The notes beneath the pieces were generated by a model that saw only the letters and a program-made list of their open reading frames with translations, did not search any database and was not told the origin of the DNA. From Mobula hypostoma (Eukaryota), in the NCBI RefSeq assembly GCF_963921235.1, contig NC_086108.1:43712001-43776000 (forward strand): DNA of 64,000 nt, in the 5' to 3' direction. The translations under genes were made by a program, and so were the position numbers. Below are positions 12,586 to 25,342 of the stretch, piece by piece (position 1 is the first letter of the stretch; the number at the start of each line of letters is the position of its first letter).

Positions 12586-14489
12586 GTTGGTTAGCGAAAA
12601 TATGGTTATGTTAGAGCTGCAGAATTTTGCTCTCAGTTGATTCCTTTTGGGCCTTGCAAGGGATAATTGGCAGTCAAATCTTAACTGTAATCAGAGGATA
12701 TTTCTAAAATTTTTTTGGTTTTATTTGCAATCTGCAATTCTTTGCATGTTGATCGTTCTTTTTGCCTAGATTTATGAAACAATGTTGCATTGTCATTCGC
12801 TATTACCTCTAAAGCAAGGGGTCTATGGACACAGGTTGGGAAACCCTGGTCTAAAGAGAGGATGGATTTTTAGGGGTGTACGTGACATAAAGATATAAAT
12901 TTGATTATATGGATTATGTCTAGACTTTTGGACTTGAGGGTTATTTTCAGACTTCAGCAGAAGACTATAAGCTGAAATTGTTGTCAACATTTCTGTTCAA
13001 GTGACTCAATAGCTTATGCAAGCGGTTGGATATATTCAATGATGGCAGTTTTGCACAAAATTATACTGTACATTAGAAACCTGGAATATGAGGCAGATAT
13101 TAACAGCACATACCTCTGCCACTTTGTAAAGAGTTTGAGATGTCCACCTTCTTGGTAGATGCCTCTGAATTTGCAATTATTTCTGTTTGTTCCAGTTCTT
13201 CTACCAACTCTCCTCCAGTAACTTTCTATTGCTAGTGTTTTCTGCACCTTTACTGCCTCAGCAAATCTTTCTTTTCAAGACCAGACTTTGATGGTAGGCA
13301 ATCATAGAGAGTTGGTTAATTATACTGTGTTCAGTGCTGTGAGAATAGTGTGCAGTAAAATATCGAGAGTCTTTACAAACCACTAATCCAATTGTTGTTG
13401 TTGGCAAATTTATGCCTTGCGTTATCTCCAGTAGTGTCTCCCATTTTCACTTCTACTTGCCCTATCCTGAGAACTTTGTATTTCTAATGAACTATCTGCT
13501 CCCTGTGATAGTTTTTTTTAAAAAACATCTCTTTATTGCTGTTACAGAATGAAAGGAAAACACATTAGATCATCCATAAGTTTGAAAGTACAACAAAGTT
13601 AAAGAAAAGGAAAAAAATAAAATGCATAAGAAATAAAAAAAACACAAAAAAGCAAACACTCCGCCATTTTAAAAAAAAGGCAGTCAATTCAGTTCGTTAC
13701 TTTCATCATCCTGAATATTGTTCTCCAGAAACTTGTAGAAAATGTCCCAAATTTCCTGAAATTTGCCAAGTTTGTTTTTTGTGATGTAGCTTATCTTTTC
13801 CAGCGCAAGATAAGAAGTCATTCCTTTCAGCCATTGTGAGAGTCCACCGGTTGTGGATTTCTTCCATGAATAGGCATGCAGTGTTTGGCTTCTAAAAACA
13901 AATACTAAGCAGAGACCTTACATTTTTGGAGGTTACAAAATCCTTTGGATAAATATTCAGAATACATAATTTAGGATCAAGGGGCACCGTTTTTCCAAGT
14001 GAGTGTTCACTGATTGAGTATGAACTAAGGAACAAGCTTCTGACAACTTTTTTTTCTGACAGATTCTCATGCAAATCATTTCTCCATGCTTGTATGTTGT
14101 TTGATGACTCTTTGCATTTATTTGCAAACAAATTGTATAATACAGACACACGTCCCCTAGCTTCAGATAATTGCAGAGTGATGTCTTCTAGAGTAGATAA
14201 AGGAGGGAGCTTCAATCTGTAACCTTGCCTGGACATAATAAAACTTCGCAACTGAAGGTATTTTAAAAAAAAGAGTTTTGTTGGAATTCCATATGTGGCC
14301 TTGAGTTCTTCAGGCATAAATGTATTGCCATTATAAAGATCAGGCACCTTAGCTATGCTTCGGGTCGACCAAGTTTTAAAAGCGGGGTCTGCTCTGCCGG
14401 GCCGGAAGCTATCATTACCAAAGATAGGAGTAATCTGGGATAACTGTGATGTCTTCCAAATACGCAAGAGCATCATACCAAACCATTAC

Positions 14490-14824
14490 GGTATTTTTAT
14501 ACCCCTTGCCCCTCTGTCCCTCTGACTATACCCCTTGCCCATCCTCTGGGTTCCCCCCCCACCGTCTTTCTCCCCGGACCTCCTGTCCCATGATCCTCTC
14601 ATATCCCCTTTGCCAATCACCTGTCCAGCTGTTGGCTCCATCCCTTCCCCTCCTGTCTTCTCCTATCATTTTGGATCTCCCCCTCCCCCTCCCACTTTCA
14701 AATCTCTTACTAACTCTTCCTTCAGTTAGTCCTGACGAAGGGTCTCGGCCCGAAACGTCGACTGTACCTCTTCCTAGAGATGCTGCCTGGCCTGTTGCGT
14801 TCACCAGCAACTTTGATGTGTGTT
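14490..14824 (+). mobile_element. PLE 3' repeat fragment nested in L1 ORF2
   Basis: Highly similar to 3160-3473; interrupts the minus-strand L1 frame; ends at TTTGATGTGTGTT without the tail. Confidence 0.85.
14728..14763 (+). ncRNA. Minimal hammerhead ribozyme motif (sense to slc30a7, intron 4)
   Basis: AGTC-CTGACGA-A-GGG-TCTCGG-CCC-GAAA-CG-TC-GACT; all core nucleotides present, stem II GGG/CCC. Confidence 0.75.
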
Positions 14825-17800
14825 ACCTGTATTTTTTAAGAAAGGATCTTTAGTTTGTTTGACCATTTTTTTTCCCTTATCTGCTAAGTACATATATAGT
14901 TCTAGAGGGATATTGATCGACTGGGATTCCATTGCGACCCAAGTAGGGGAGTGATCCTTAACAAAATAAAACATTCCTGTTCTAGTCTGGGCCACCCAGA
15001 AATACCATATAAGATTTGGTAGCTGTTAGCCGCCTCTATCATACAGCAGATATAACAGGCAAAGCCTGAGTCTTGGACCTCTATTATTCCAGATAAAATT
15101 AGAAAAAAATTTTCTTTAATAAATAAAAGAAAGATGATGGATGAGAAAGTGGGATAGATTGGAAAAGGTACAGGAACTTTGGTAAAATTGACATTTTTAG
15201 AATGTTTATGCGTCCAATCAAAGATATGGGCAATTTAGTCCATCTGTTTATAAGTTGAATAACTGAATCTGTGAGAGGGTTGTAATTAGTTGGGATAATT
15301 TTATCAATAGGAGGAGTAATTTTAACACCCAAATAAGTAAAACCCTGTTCTGACACTGTAAATGGAGTTTGAAGTGGGGGATTGAGTCTCTCATCTTTAT
15401 CCACGAATAATATTGCAGATTTGTTGTTTATTTTATAGCCTGCAAAAGTACCAAAAGTACTTATCAGGTCAATTAAGGCAGGTAATGTTTGTTTCAAGTC
15501 GGAGCAAAACAAAATTACGTCATCTGCGTACAGGGCTATGCGATGTTCTATGTCTCCTATAGTTATTCCTGCTATGTTAGCCTGTTTTCGTTAGCAAGTG
15601 GCTCAATGGCCAGGATAAACAGGAGGGGAGATGGGGGACAGCCCTGTCTTGTTCCCCGTTGGAGTTTTAAAGGTGACGAAAAGAGCCCATTAGTTAAAAT
15701 TTCAGCCTGTGGGTTAGAATAAAGAAGTCGTATCCACCTTAGAAATTTTCCCCTATACCAAAGCTTTCTAAAACTTTAAATAGGTATTGCCATTCCACTC
15801 TGTCAAAGGCTTTCTTGGTATCCAGTGACAGAATAATGCTATTAGAGCTTCCAGCCTTTTCATAAAGTATATTAAACACTCTTCAAATGTTGTGGAAGCC
15901 CTGCCTTCCCTTAACAAATTCATTTTCGTCAGGGTGGACCATTTTTGGCAAGAGTGGCTCCAGCCTCCTAGCTAATACCTTACAGAGAATTTTGAGATCA
16001 TTGTTCAGAAGTGAGATTGGCCTATAAGATCCACATATGGACGGTGTTTTTCCAGGTTTTAACAGCAGTGTAATTACTGCCATATTAAGTGGGGGGGGGG
16101 TGGCGGTGGAGGAATGACTCCAGTGTCAAATGACTCCTGATACATATAAAGCAGACGTGGTATTAATTTAGTCTTAAAGATTTTATATATTTCAATTGGA
16201 ATTCCATCGGGCCCAGGAGTTTTTCCTCCCTTCATGTTATAGCTTCAGACAATTCTTTAGCCTCTAAGTTAAACTCCAGCGAGGTCAAGTACGTTTCATC
16301 CAGGGCTGTAATTCGAACAAGTCGAGAAATTCCTTTTGTATTTGTGGAGCTGAATCTGAATATTCTGAGTTATACAGATTTTGGTAAAATCTCAAAAAAA
16401 TATTGTTTATTTCTTTTGGGTCAGCAGTTGTCACCCCCTCATCTGATTGTATCGAGTTTATTGCCCTTTCTGTTTGATGCACCAGGCCAAGAGTTTACTT
16501 GCCTTTTCACCCTGCTCAATATAGGATTGCTTCGGTCTCATCAAACTTTTTGTTGCCTTATTAATGGACAATACATTATATTTGGCTCTCGGTTGGTTAA
16601 GTTCTGCAAATAGCTGCTGAGAGGGATTTTGAAATATTTCAGATTCAGCCTCTTATTATTCTTTCAAGCTGTTCTATTTCAAATCTAAAAGATTTATGTT
16701 TAAAGCTGGTAAAGCTAATCATCTGACCTCTTAGAAAGGCTTTAATGGCTTCCCACCATATAGTAGCAGATGTCTGCTCGGTATTATTTCCAAAGTAGCA
16801 GTCTATCTGTTCTCCAATAAACTCTATAAATTCGGAATTCCCCAGCCCAGTCATTTGAAGCCGCCACCTTGGGGAGTAATGTAAAGCGTTAGGCAGGTTC
16901 AAAATAAATGAAACTGGGGCGTGATCTGAAATTATTATGCTATCGTACCAGCAGCTTATAATTGTGGATTTTAAAGCAGCTGAAAGTAAGTAATAATCAA
17001 TTCTGGAAAAGGTCTGGCAAGTGCTAGAATAGCAGGAAAAAGTTAGTTTATCCGGGTGCTTACTTCTCCACACATCAACTAAATTAAAGTCTTTAGTGTA
17101 TTGCAATAACTCTTGTCTGATGGTGAGAGGTATCTATCCCATTAGATCTGTCTAGTTCAGGTTGGAGTGCACAATTAAAATTGCCACCTACAATAAGATG
17201 GCCTGGCAGAGCAGCTACTGATAAAAACAGATGTCTGAAAAAAGCTGGGTTGTCATCATTTGTCCCATAACACATTGACCAAATTAAACCTGATTGAGAA
17301 AATTTCACATTGAATAATAAGGTATCTGCCGGATTGGTCTTCAGTAACATTAACAAGGTGGAAAGGCAGCAACTTATGTATAAGGGTAATTACCCCCGTG
17401 AGTGTAAGCTCAAAGAAGCTGGAAAAACCAGTCCCGGCCATCTCCTCCTTACTCTAACTATATCTTCGTGGGTTAAATGGGTCTCCTCCAGAAAAAACGA
17501 TTTTAGCTTTTAACTGCCTTATCCTACTCATGACTTGCTTTAACTTGACAAGTTTATTTAATCCTCTTACATTCCAAGAGGTAAACTGAAGTTCGCAGGG
17601 CAGGGGCTATTAGTTATAATTTCAATCATGTTGAGATGAATTGATTTAGAATGACTGCTATCTGAGATTACAACGTAACAAAAAAGATGAGTAAAACCCA
17701 GTAAATAGTAACTAGTTCATTGTAAACATAACTAAGTGTACTTCCCAAACTGATATACACCCACCCACCCCACGATGAACACCTCCTGACAGCCCCGAAA

Positions 17801-19344
17801 GAGGGACTAATTATGGAGTTTAACTGGTCCTGCCACGCCGTCGTCATGGTGAGGAACAGCATAGCCAACAGCCGGAACACAGCCCCAATGTTATCAGTAG
17901 TAGAGAATATTACAGCCAAATTATACCAAGAGTCTTTATCAAATTTAACCTGGTCGTAGTTACAGTGCCACTGAAGATAACGAGGACCGATGCAAATTCA
18001 TTAGCATAAACAGTGCAGTGGGTAACACACCGCTAACGTTCGTTAGCGTTCATTTATGTCCCTTAGGCACTATGAACATACCTATTCAAGCAAAAGTTTT
18101 TTAAAAAAAACTGCTGTACTGTCTTACTTGCCCGCATCCTCCAAGTTGTAGTCCTTCAGCTCCTGCACAAATTTCTCCGCTGCTGGTGCACTGTCAAAGG
18201 TGTGGCGTTTTCTTTTGTAGGTCACCAGCAGTTTAGCAGGGTGAATTATCCCATACTGTAGGTCCAGGATGGAGAGAGAGGCTAACTCTTTCTTCATTGG
18301 ATCAAAAATTTTCCTTCACCTGAGGAGTTCGGCAGAGACGTCGGGGGAAAAGAATGATTCTGTGATTGTTGAAAAGTACAGGTTCTTTCAGCCTGGCAGC
18401 CTTCATAACCCGGGTCTTGTCCACATAGTTTAAGAACTTCATTATCACTACCCTGGGTCGCTTAGCCGACTGTGCTTCAACTTCGTTAGCCTTGCCAATT
18501 TTGTGCGCTCTCTTAATCAGCAGGGGTCCAGGGAAGTTTTCCGCACCAAGCACCTTGGGGATCCATTTTTCCAAAAATAGACCATATCAGCCCCTTCCGC
18601 CTTCTCTGGAAGTCCCACCAGGCGAAGGTTGGAATGGCGGCTACAGTTTTCCAAGTCGTCCACTTTAAACACTAACGCCTCCATAGCTGCTTTCATGGTT
18701 GTGTTTGTTCTGATTATGCAGAGGGGTGATATCATCTTGAGTAGTGCTAATTCTATCTTCGGCTTCTGTAATGCGCACTGTGACAGCTTTCAGATCAGCT
18801 TGTACTCCTTGTATAGTGTTTAGTAGCCCATCAAATCTCAACACAAAGTCATCTTGCATTATTTGAATAATGTTTAGGATTTGGTTTGGGCCCGCTGCCG
18901 TGCCAGCATCTGTTGCCTTTTCTTCACCAGCATTGTCGTTAGCTTGCACTGCATGGCTATAGGTGGGGTCCAACTTTGAAGACTTTTACGTCTGCTTTGT
19001 TGGTTTCAGTGGCATTTAGGCTATCACTCAGTTTCCAATCAGACAAACCGGAGCTGTGCAGGTAATTCGAGGTTGTTTGATTGCGTAATTTCAAAACTTT
19101 TCGGAAGAGCTCTGACACGTCTGCTTGGTACCGCGCCATAACCGGAAGCCCTCCCGGTGATAGTTAATTTTTGTGTTGCTTCAACCACTCAGTGGGTGAG
19201 CTACTTAATTGCTGGAGTTACCTTTGTCAAATCTAATCATGCTACCAGCAGATCTTGGTATGAATAATAATCAAGCAAAAACCACAGTTTAGCTCTACCT
19301 TATCCCGAAGATAATTGGTGTCAACTTGTGACAGACAATTTACT

Positions 19345-20687
19345 ATGACAAAGTACTAGACAAACAATCTGCCTAAACTAATAACACACAAACTATTGTA
19401 CTACTCATCAATACTGAGTGAACCATTTAAACAATCACAGTCAAAAAAAGTATGTGAACCTCTGGGGTAATGCCTTTACAAAAGCTATTTGGAGTCAGCT
19501 GTTCCATTCAATGAGATGAAAATGGAGGTGTGGGTTGTAGAGGTGCCCTGCCCTATTTTTAAAAAAAGCACACAAAGTCAGGTTACTGACAGAGCCTGCT
19601 CTTCTCAAAGTTCTGTTTATATGCACCATGCCTTGATCAACACAACTTTCAGTGGACCTTTAGAAAAATTGTAGAGATGCATGAAGCTGGAAAAGGCTAC
19701 AAAAGCATTTCTAAAGACCTGAGTGTTCATCAGTCCACAGTAGGAGAAATTGTTTACAAATGGAGGAAGTACAGTACTTTTGCTACTTTCCCTAAGAGTG
19801 GACGTCCTGAAAGATCACTGAGAACACCATGGAGGAAACCAGTGCTCGCCAAAAAAAAAACATTGCTGCACATCTCAAGTTTGCAAAAGGCCATCTGGAT
19901 GTTCCACAATGTTTCTTGTGGACTGATAAGACAAAACATAAACTTTTTGGCAGATATGTACACCACTATGTTTGGAGGAAAAAGGGCACTGCTTACCAAC
20001 ACCAAAATCTCATCCTAACTATGAAGCATGGTGGAAGGAACATCATAGTTTGGGGCTATTTTGCTGCTCAGGGCCTGGACAGCTTGTTGAGGGAACAATA
20101 AATTTGAATTCGAATTCAAAATGTTATCAAGACATTTTACAGGAGAATGTCAGAGTAGCGGTCCATCACCTAAACCTTAATAGAAGTTGGGTGATGCAAC
20201 AATGATCTGAGACACAACAATAAAATGACAAAAGAATGATTTTAAAAAGAAGAAAATTCGTGTTCTGGAATAGCCAAGTCAGAGTCCAGACCTTAACCTA
20301 ATTGAGATGCTTCGGCATGACCTGAAAAAGGCTGTTCACGCAAGGTATTGGAGAAATATTAATGAATTGAAACAGTTTTGTAGGGAGGAATGGTCTAAAA
20401 TTCCTCTTTGCCATTATGCAAGTCTGATCAGCAGCTACAGCTGGAGGTTATTGCTCCTAAAGGAGGTTCTACCAGTTATTACATGCAAGGGTTCACATAC
20501 TTTTTCCAGCCTGGACGTTGAATTATTAAACAGTGTGTTAAATAAAAACATGAAAAGTATGATTGTGTGTTACCAGTTTAGGCAGATTGTGTTTGTTATT
20601 ATTGTGACTTAGATGAAGATCAAACCACAGTTTGAGTAGAAAACCAGATAATTGCAAAGGGTTCACAAACTTTTTCTTGCAAATGTA
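19345..20687 (+). mobile_element. Tc1-family DNA transposon relic with long IR/DR termini
   Basis: MHEAGKGYKSISKDL..STVGEIVYKW..SGRP (paired HTH), LWTDKTK, KHGGRNIIVWG, SQSPDLNLIE; repeated GGGTTCACA(T/A)ACTTTTT at ~20489 and ~20659 with an inverted partner at 19445-19460; right end TG-TA. Confidence 0.88.
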
Positions 20688-20689
20688 TA

Positions 20690-21560
20690 TGCTGATTTGT
20701 CATCTCCTTTGATTCGGCAAATAACAGTGGTGTAATTAACGTAAATGTTGTATTGAAGCTATGTTTAGGCTCATAATCATCAGTGTAAGCAAGTAGAACA
20801 GGGGGCTAAGCACACAGCGTTTTGGTGCAGCTGTACTGATGGATATTGTGGAGGAGATATTGCCAATCTGAATTGACTTGGGTTTGCAAGTAAGGAGATA
20901 GAGGATCCAATTGCACAAGGAGGTATTGAGGCCTAAGTCTTGAAGCTTATTGATTAGTTTTGAGGGGAATATACTACTGAATGCTGAGCTATAATCAATG
21001 AAGAGCATTTGATGTATGCATCTTCACTGTCCAGATGTTCCAGGGTTGGGTGAATAGCCAATGAAATGTTATCTGCTGTTGACCTGTTGTGACAGTAAGC
21101 ATATTGGAGCAGATCCAATTGGCTTCTCAGGCAGGAATTGATGTCTTTCGTCGCCAGCCTCTCAAAGCACTTCACACAGTGGATGTATTGTCTACTGGAC
21201 AATAGTCATTCAGGCAGGTTACCACTTTCTTTTTGGGTACCGGTATAATTGAAACCTGCTTGAAGTAGTTGGGTACCTCAGACTGCCAGAGCGAGAGGTT
21301 AAAGATACCAGCCTGTTTATCAGTACAGGTCTTTGGTAATGGGCCAGGTACTTCATTTGCGCTGGATGCTTTCTGTGGGTTCACCCTCCTGAAGGATGCT
21401 CTCACGGCAGTCTCAGACTGAAATCACAGGGTCATTGAGGACTGTGAAGATTTGTGAAGGTGCCTCCGTATTTTGACGGTCAAAGCACGCATAAAAGGCA
21501 TTGAGCTCATCTTGGAGTGAAATCTGGTTGTCACCTATGTTGCGTGGTTTCATTTTGTAT
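20690..21560 (-). mobile_element. Rex1/Babar-like LINE RT fragment
   Basis: [51 protein letters not shown] in broken minus frames. Confidence 0.8.
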
Positions 21561-21794
21561 GAGGGTAACTTTTTTAACCTCCTTTATTAAGGGTAAAGGA
21601 TAACATGCATGGAATCAATCCTTGTAGCAACTATTCAAAACTGTAATTACAGTAAGGGAGGACAATTCAATAACTGGCAATGTTGCTACAGTGGCAAAAG
21701 AAGTGGCCATTTTTAAATTTGGCTGCATTTTTTCCTTTTCACTTAAATGTTTTTCATTGGAGAAATATAAAGTTTATATGGGTGCCACAGTATT

Positions 21795-22030
21795 GTAGCA
21801 CCTTGTGCAATGCTGTTACAGCTTGGGGTGTCCTGGAATTCAGAGTTCAGATCACCATTTTGCAAGGAGTCTCTGTACATCCTCCCACAGTACCAAGGTG
21901 TACTGGATAGGTTAATTGGTCTTTGTAAATTGCCCTGTGATGAGGTCAGGGTTTGTTGCAGGATTGCTGGGGCGGCATGACTCAAAGGGCCTACTCTGCA
22001 CTCTAACACTAAATAAAATAAAATAAAATG
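21795..22030 (+). mobile_element. V-SINE/HE1-like SINE, decayed, with (TAAAA)n tail
   Basis: Decayed tRNA-like head, CTCCCACAGT..GGTTAATTGGTCTTTGTAAATTGCCC core, AAATAAAATAAAATAAAA tail. Confidence 0.55.
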
Positions 22031-23395
22031 AATAAAGTTGTAACGTGGAGAGAGGTATTTGGATTACCTGCATGTATCAGATCTAACAGCCACATTCTTG
22101 GTCAATACTTTGCTCCCATCTTTCAAACAGGCATCCATTTATAGAGATGTATCTGGAGTCATCGTTCCTTCTGGTCTTGTAGCTTATTGCAGGAAAAATG
22201 AGAGGTCCCCACTGTTGACCTCAAAGGCTGGTATATTTCTTAAATAATAAGGAATTTGTATCTGTAGAAGAGCAATTAAAGGTCAGGTTCAGAAGCTGTT
22301 ATAGACTAGTGAGCATATACAAAATGTAATTAAGGGCTATTGGAATGTTGGCTTTTTATCCCAAAGTGATTGGAATACAAGGGAGTGGGGGCCATTTGTA
22401 GTTTTGCATTCAGTTCTAGCAATATGCATTAGGCTTGATTTGTTATTTGGAAAGAGTAGCACAGATTCCCAGAATGATTTTTGGGCTTAATGGTTAAATT
22501 GAGAACCAGCTTGGCAATTTTTTTTTCAAGGTGAGATATTAAATCATGACCTGATTCTGGTATTTACAATTGATAGGCAAACGAGAGGTGAAACTCGGAA
22601 AATCCGCAGCAAGGGAATGCAAGCTTAAAATTTCGTGTTTAGCCATTCAATTGGACTATATATAAAGAATTGTGGAAATCTGGTGCTCTCTTCTACCAAA
22701 ATCTATTAATACTAAGTCAGCTGAATGTTTCAAAGTAAGATTTTTTTGTTAGGCAACGATGATTGAATCAAGATGGATAGATGGAGTTAGGATGCAAAGC
22801 AGGTATGATTAAAGAATGCCAAAACAGACTGCTACCGTGCTTGCACCTGTATTTAATTTTTAATTTGTTGATCAGTGCTCTGTTTTTGCTTCCACCTTGT
22901 TCATGTCCATTTTTTAATTTACTGTTTGAAATCTTGATGATGTCATTCAGGTTACCTCAAAATCTCTGTTAAAAGAAAACACGCCTGAAAATTTTTCTTT
23001 ATTAATCTATTTAAAAATAGATTGATAAATAATGCCCAGAATTATGTGCCAGATTTGTAATTACTACGTCTACAGTTGCACCAGTGACAAGACTACTGGT
23101 TGCTATAGATTTTGGTCCATTTTGTCCCTATTGTGTTTTTTCAGCATGTTGTGCTATAAAGGCTAGAAGCCCATCTGTTTTATTTAACGATGTAGTTGTT
23201 GGTTGTTATTCCCATTTAGTGCATGATGGGTGGTGGATCTGTCCTGTATCATTTTGGAAATACTAACTTCGTTCCTAACAGATATCACTTTAAATACGGG
23301 TGTGAAGCCTTGTTGATAGCTTAATAATTGACTAATAAAAGAAGTGTTGATTATCTCTTCTGTAGCTTAAGACCTTGTCTTTTTGAATGTTGGTA

Positions 23396-24606
23396 CAGAT
23401 TGAGCACCCTTTATTCGAAATGCTTAAGGCCAGAAGTATTTTGGATTTTTTCAGATTTTGGAATATTTGAATCTATATAATGAGAATACCTTGGGGATGA
23501 AACCCAAGTTTAAACACAGATTCTTTTTGCATTACATATACGGCTTGTACATATATCCTGAAGGTAATTTTATATAATACTTTTAATAATTTGTGCATGA
23601 AACAATGCGTACATTGAACCATCAGAAAGGTAAGCTATCACTGCCCAGGGTAGACAGTCAGTGGCTGTTTGGCATCACCACCACTTCTGACTCTGAATTT
23701 ATGTGCTACCAGTAAGCAGTCTTTGCCTTACACTTGTTCATCACACATATATACTGATGCAGCCATTCAGTATGTTTGCTTGTCATCAGTAGAGATATTG
23801 GCAAACTAATCAATGAGTTTCTCTGCTGCTGTGGGATCAACAGATACTTTATCAACACAAATATTTAAAACTGTAATGCCTTGCCTTTTCTTAAATTTCT
23901 GCAACCAGCTTGCTGAATATTCACAATTGCCTTCAGTTTTTAGTTTGTCATGATAATAGAGCTTCGCTTGTTTTGTGATCAGCATACCATTAAAAGGCAT
24001 ATGTTCACTCTGTTCATGAATCCACTTTTTGAAACACGATCGAAATCTTCATCTTTTGCCTTTCGCAGTGTTTTTCTATTTTTCATTAGCTTCTGTTCTT
24101 TTCTTTCAGCATAGAACTTTTAATAGTTTGTCCTTCTGTTTCTTCAGGTTGTTCCAACACCATACTCTGTCAGATGCTTCATAGTTAAACCGCTGTCAAG
24201 TTTTTCCAACGATTTGACTTTCTGTATTATAGATAAATATAACTGCTTCCCCTGTTTATTTTCACTATTACCCATGGGGGTAACTGCAGGCCTTGGCATT
24301 TTCAACCATAGCTTCACAACATAGAGCAGAGAATAAGCACAAAACACATGGTAATCACTGTGAGTAATGCAGGAAGATCTGGCTATGATGACTGTTGAAA
24401 ACTAACTGGCTCCAACAGGGCCACCACAGGGTATGTGAGGTCACTCCTCAGAACTATATGTGGTGTGCAAAAACCTGCATGTCGCCTGGGACCCTCCCTT
24501 GTACCTTCTGGAATTTTCCATTTGTGGCATCATGTCAGTGCTCAAAAAATTTTGGATTTTGGGAGTCTTTCAGATTTTGCATTTTGGATATGTGATGTTC
24601 AACCTG
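23396..24606 (-). mobile_element. Tigger/pogo DNA transposon relic (internally deleted)
   Basis: TA-flanked TIRs CAGATTGAGCA.../...TGTTCAACCTG; ORFs 24144-24347 (LSIIQKV..LEKLDSG..EYGVG, psq-type HTH) and 23806-24000 (NGMLITKQAK..SASWLQKFKKRQGI, CENP-B HTH). Confidence 0.85.
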
Positions 24607-24825
24607 TAATTTTGTTTCCATGTGATCTGGGGGCTTCCGTTGTATAATTGGCAAAAACCTGGTTATAAAATGATTCCAGCAGAAAGTTTAAGATCTTTGC
24701 CATATAAAGAAGTAATTATGACTAGGGAATTATTCTACAAAATATATGGTTTATTTTTAAATTGCAGGAGAATAAGACATAATAACTCTGGAAAAGACAA
24801 CTACTTCGTGGTATAAAGTCATTAG

Positions 24826-24940
24826 CAAGAGAAAACCAACAGATGCAGTCTTTTCCATAGATGCTGCCTGGCCTGCTGATTTCCTCCAGCATTTTGTGTG
24901 TGTTGCTCAGATTTCTAGCATCTGCAGATTTTCTCTTGTC
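24826..24940 (+). mobile_element. Short PLE 3'-end remnant
   Basis: CATAGATGCTGCCTGGCCTGCTG...GCATCTGCAGATTTTCTCTTG matches 3425-3510; preceded by an inverted copy of the tail (CAAGAGAAAACC.ACAGATGC). Confidence 0.65.
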
Positions 24941-25215
24941 TGTGGTTGGATTACTACACTGCGAAGTCTCTTCCAGGGACGCTTACCCTGAAGAAGTTTA
25001 AATCTTAGTATATAAAATGACTTCACTTTTGGGGAGAATAAAAGGTCATTTATATTTGACTGCTTTTTATATTCACCAAACTAAGTCCTGTGTAGCAGTG
25101 TGTTAGAGATCAGGAGCTGTTATTACCATTTGGTGGGATGTGCCATTTCCCATGTTGCTTCTACTTGTAAGATGCTTCAAACTTTAGTTCTCTTTCATCT
25201 CCAATTATTTTTCAG

Positions 25216-25342
25216 AGAGCTTTGGAACCCCCTGAAGTGCATCATGAACGGTTGCTGTCTGTATCTGTGCTTGGGTTTCTGGTGAATTTGGTTGGCATTT
25301 TTGTATTTAAACATGGTGGCCATGGACATTCGCATGACGGTG
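25216..25342 (+). CDS. slc30a7: ZnT7 coding exon 5 (127 bp)
   Basis: TTTTCAG|AGA GCT...GGT G|GTAAG; encodes RALEPPEVHHERLLSVSVLGFLVNLVGIFVFKHGGHGHSHDG. Confidence 0.95.

Larger units (their letters stand above)
13514..19150 (-). mobile_element. Full-length but inactivated L1-clade LINE (~5.6 kb)
   Basis: 15-bp TSD CTCCC(T/G)GTGATAGTT at 13499-13513 and 19151-19165; ORF1 pieces (DDLENCSRHSNLRLVGLPE, PRVVIMKF) 18135-18973; ORF2 APE (SRIDY, SDHAP) and RT (YRPISLLN, GTRQGCP, YADD) pieces; AATAAA (minus, 13532-13537) and A-tail. Confidence 0.93.

Noticed and set aside
14474..14840. TSD for the PLE fragment nested in the L1 (TTAC.GTATTTTT on both sides)
   Set aside because: The match is short, AT-rich and needs an indel, so it was not claimed.
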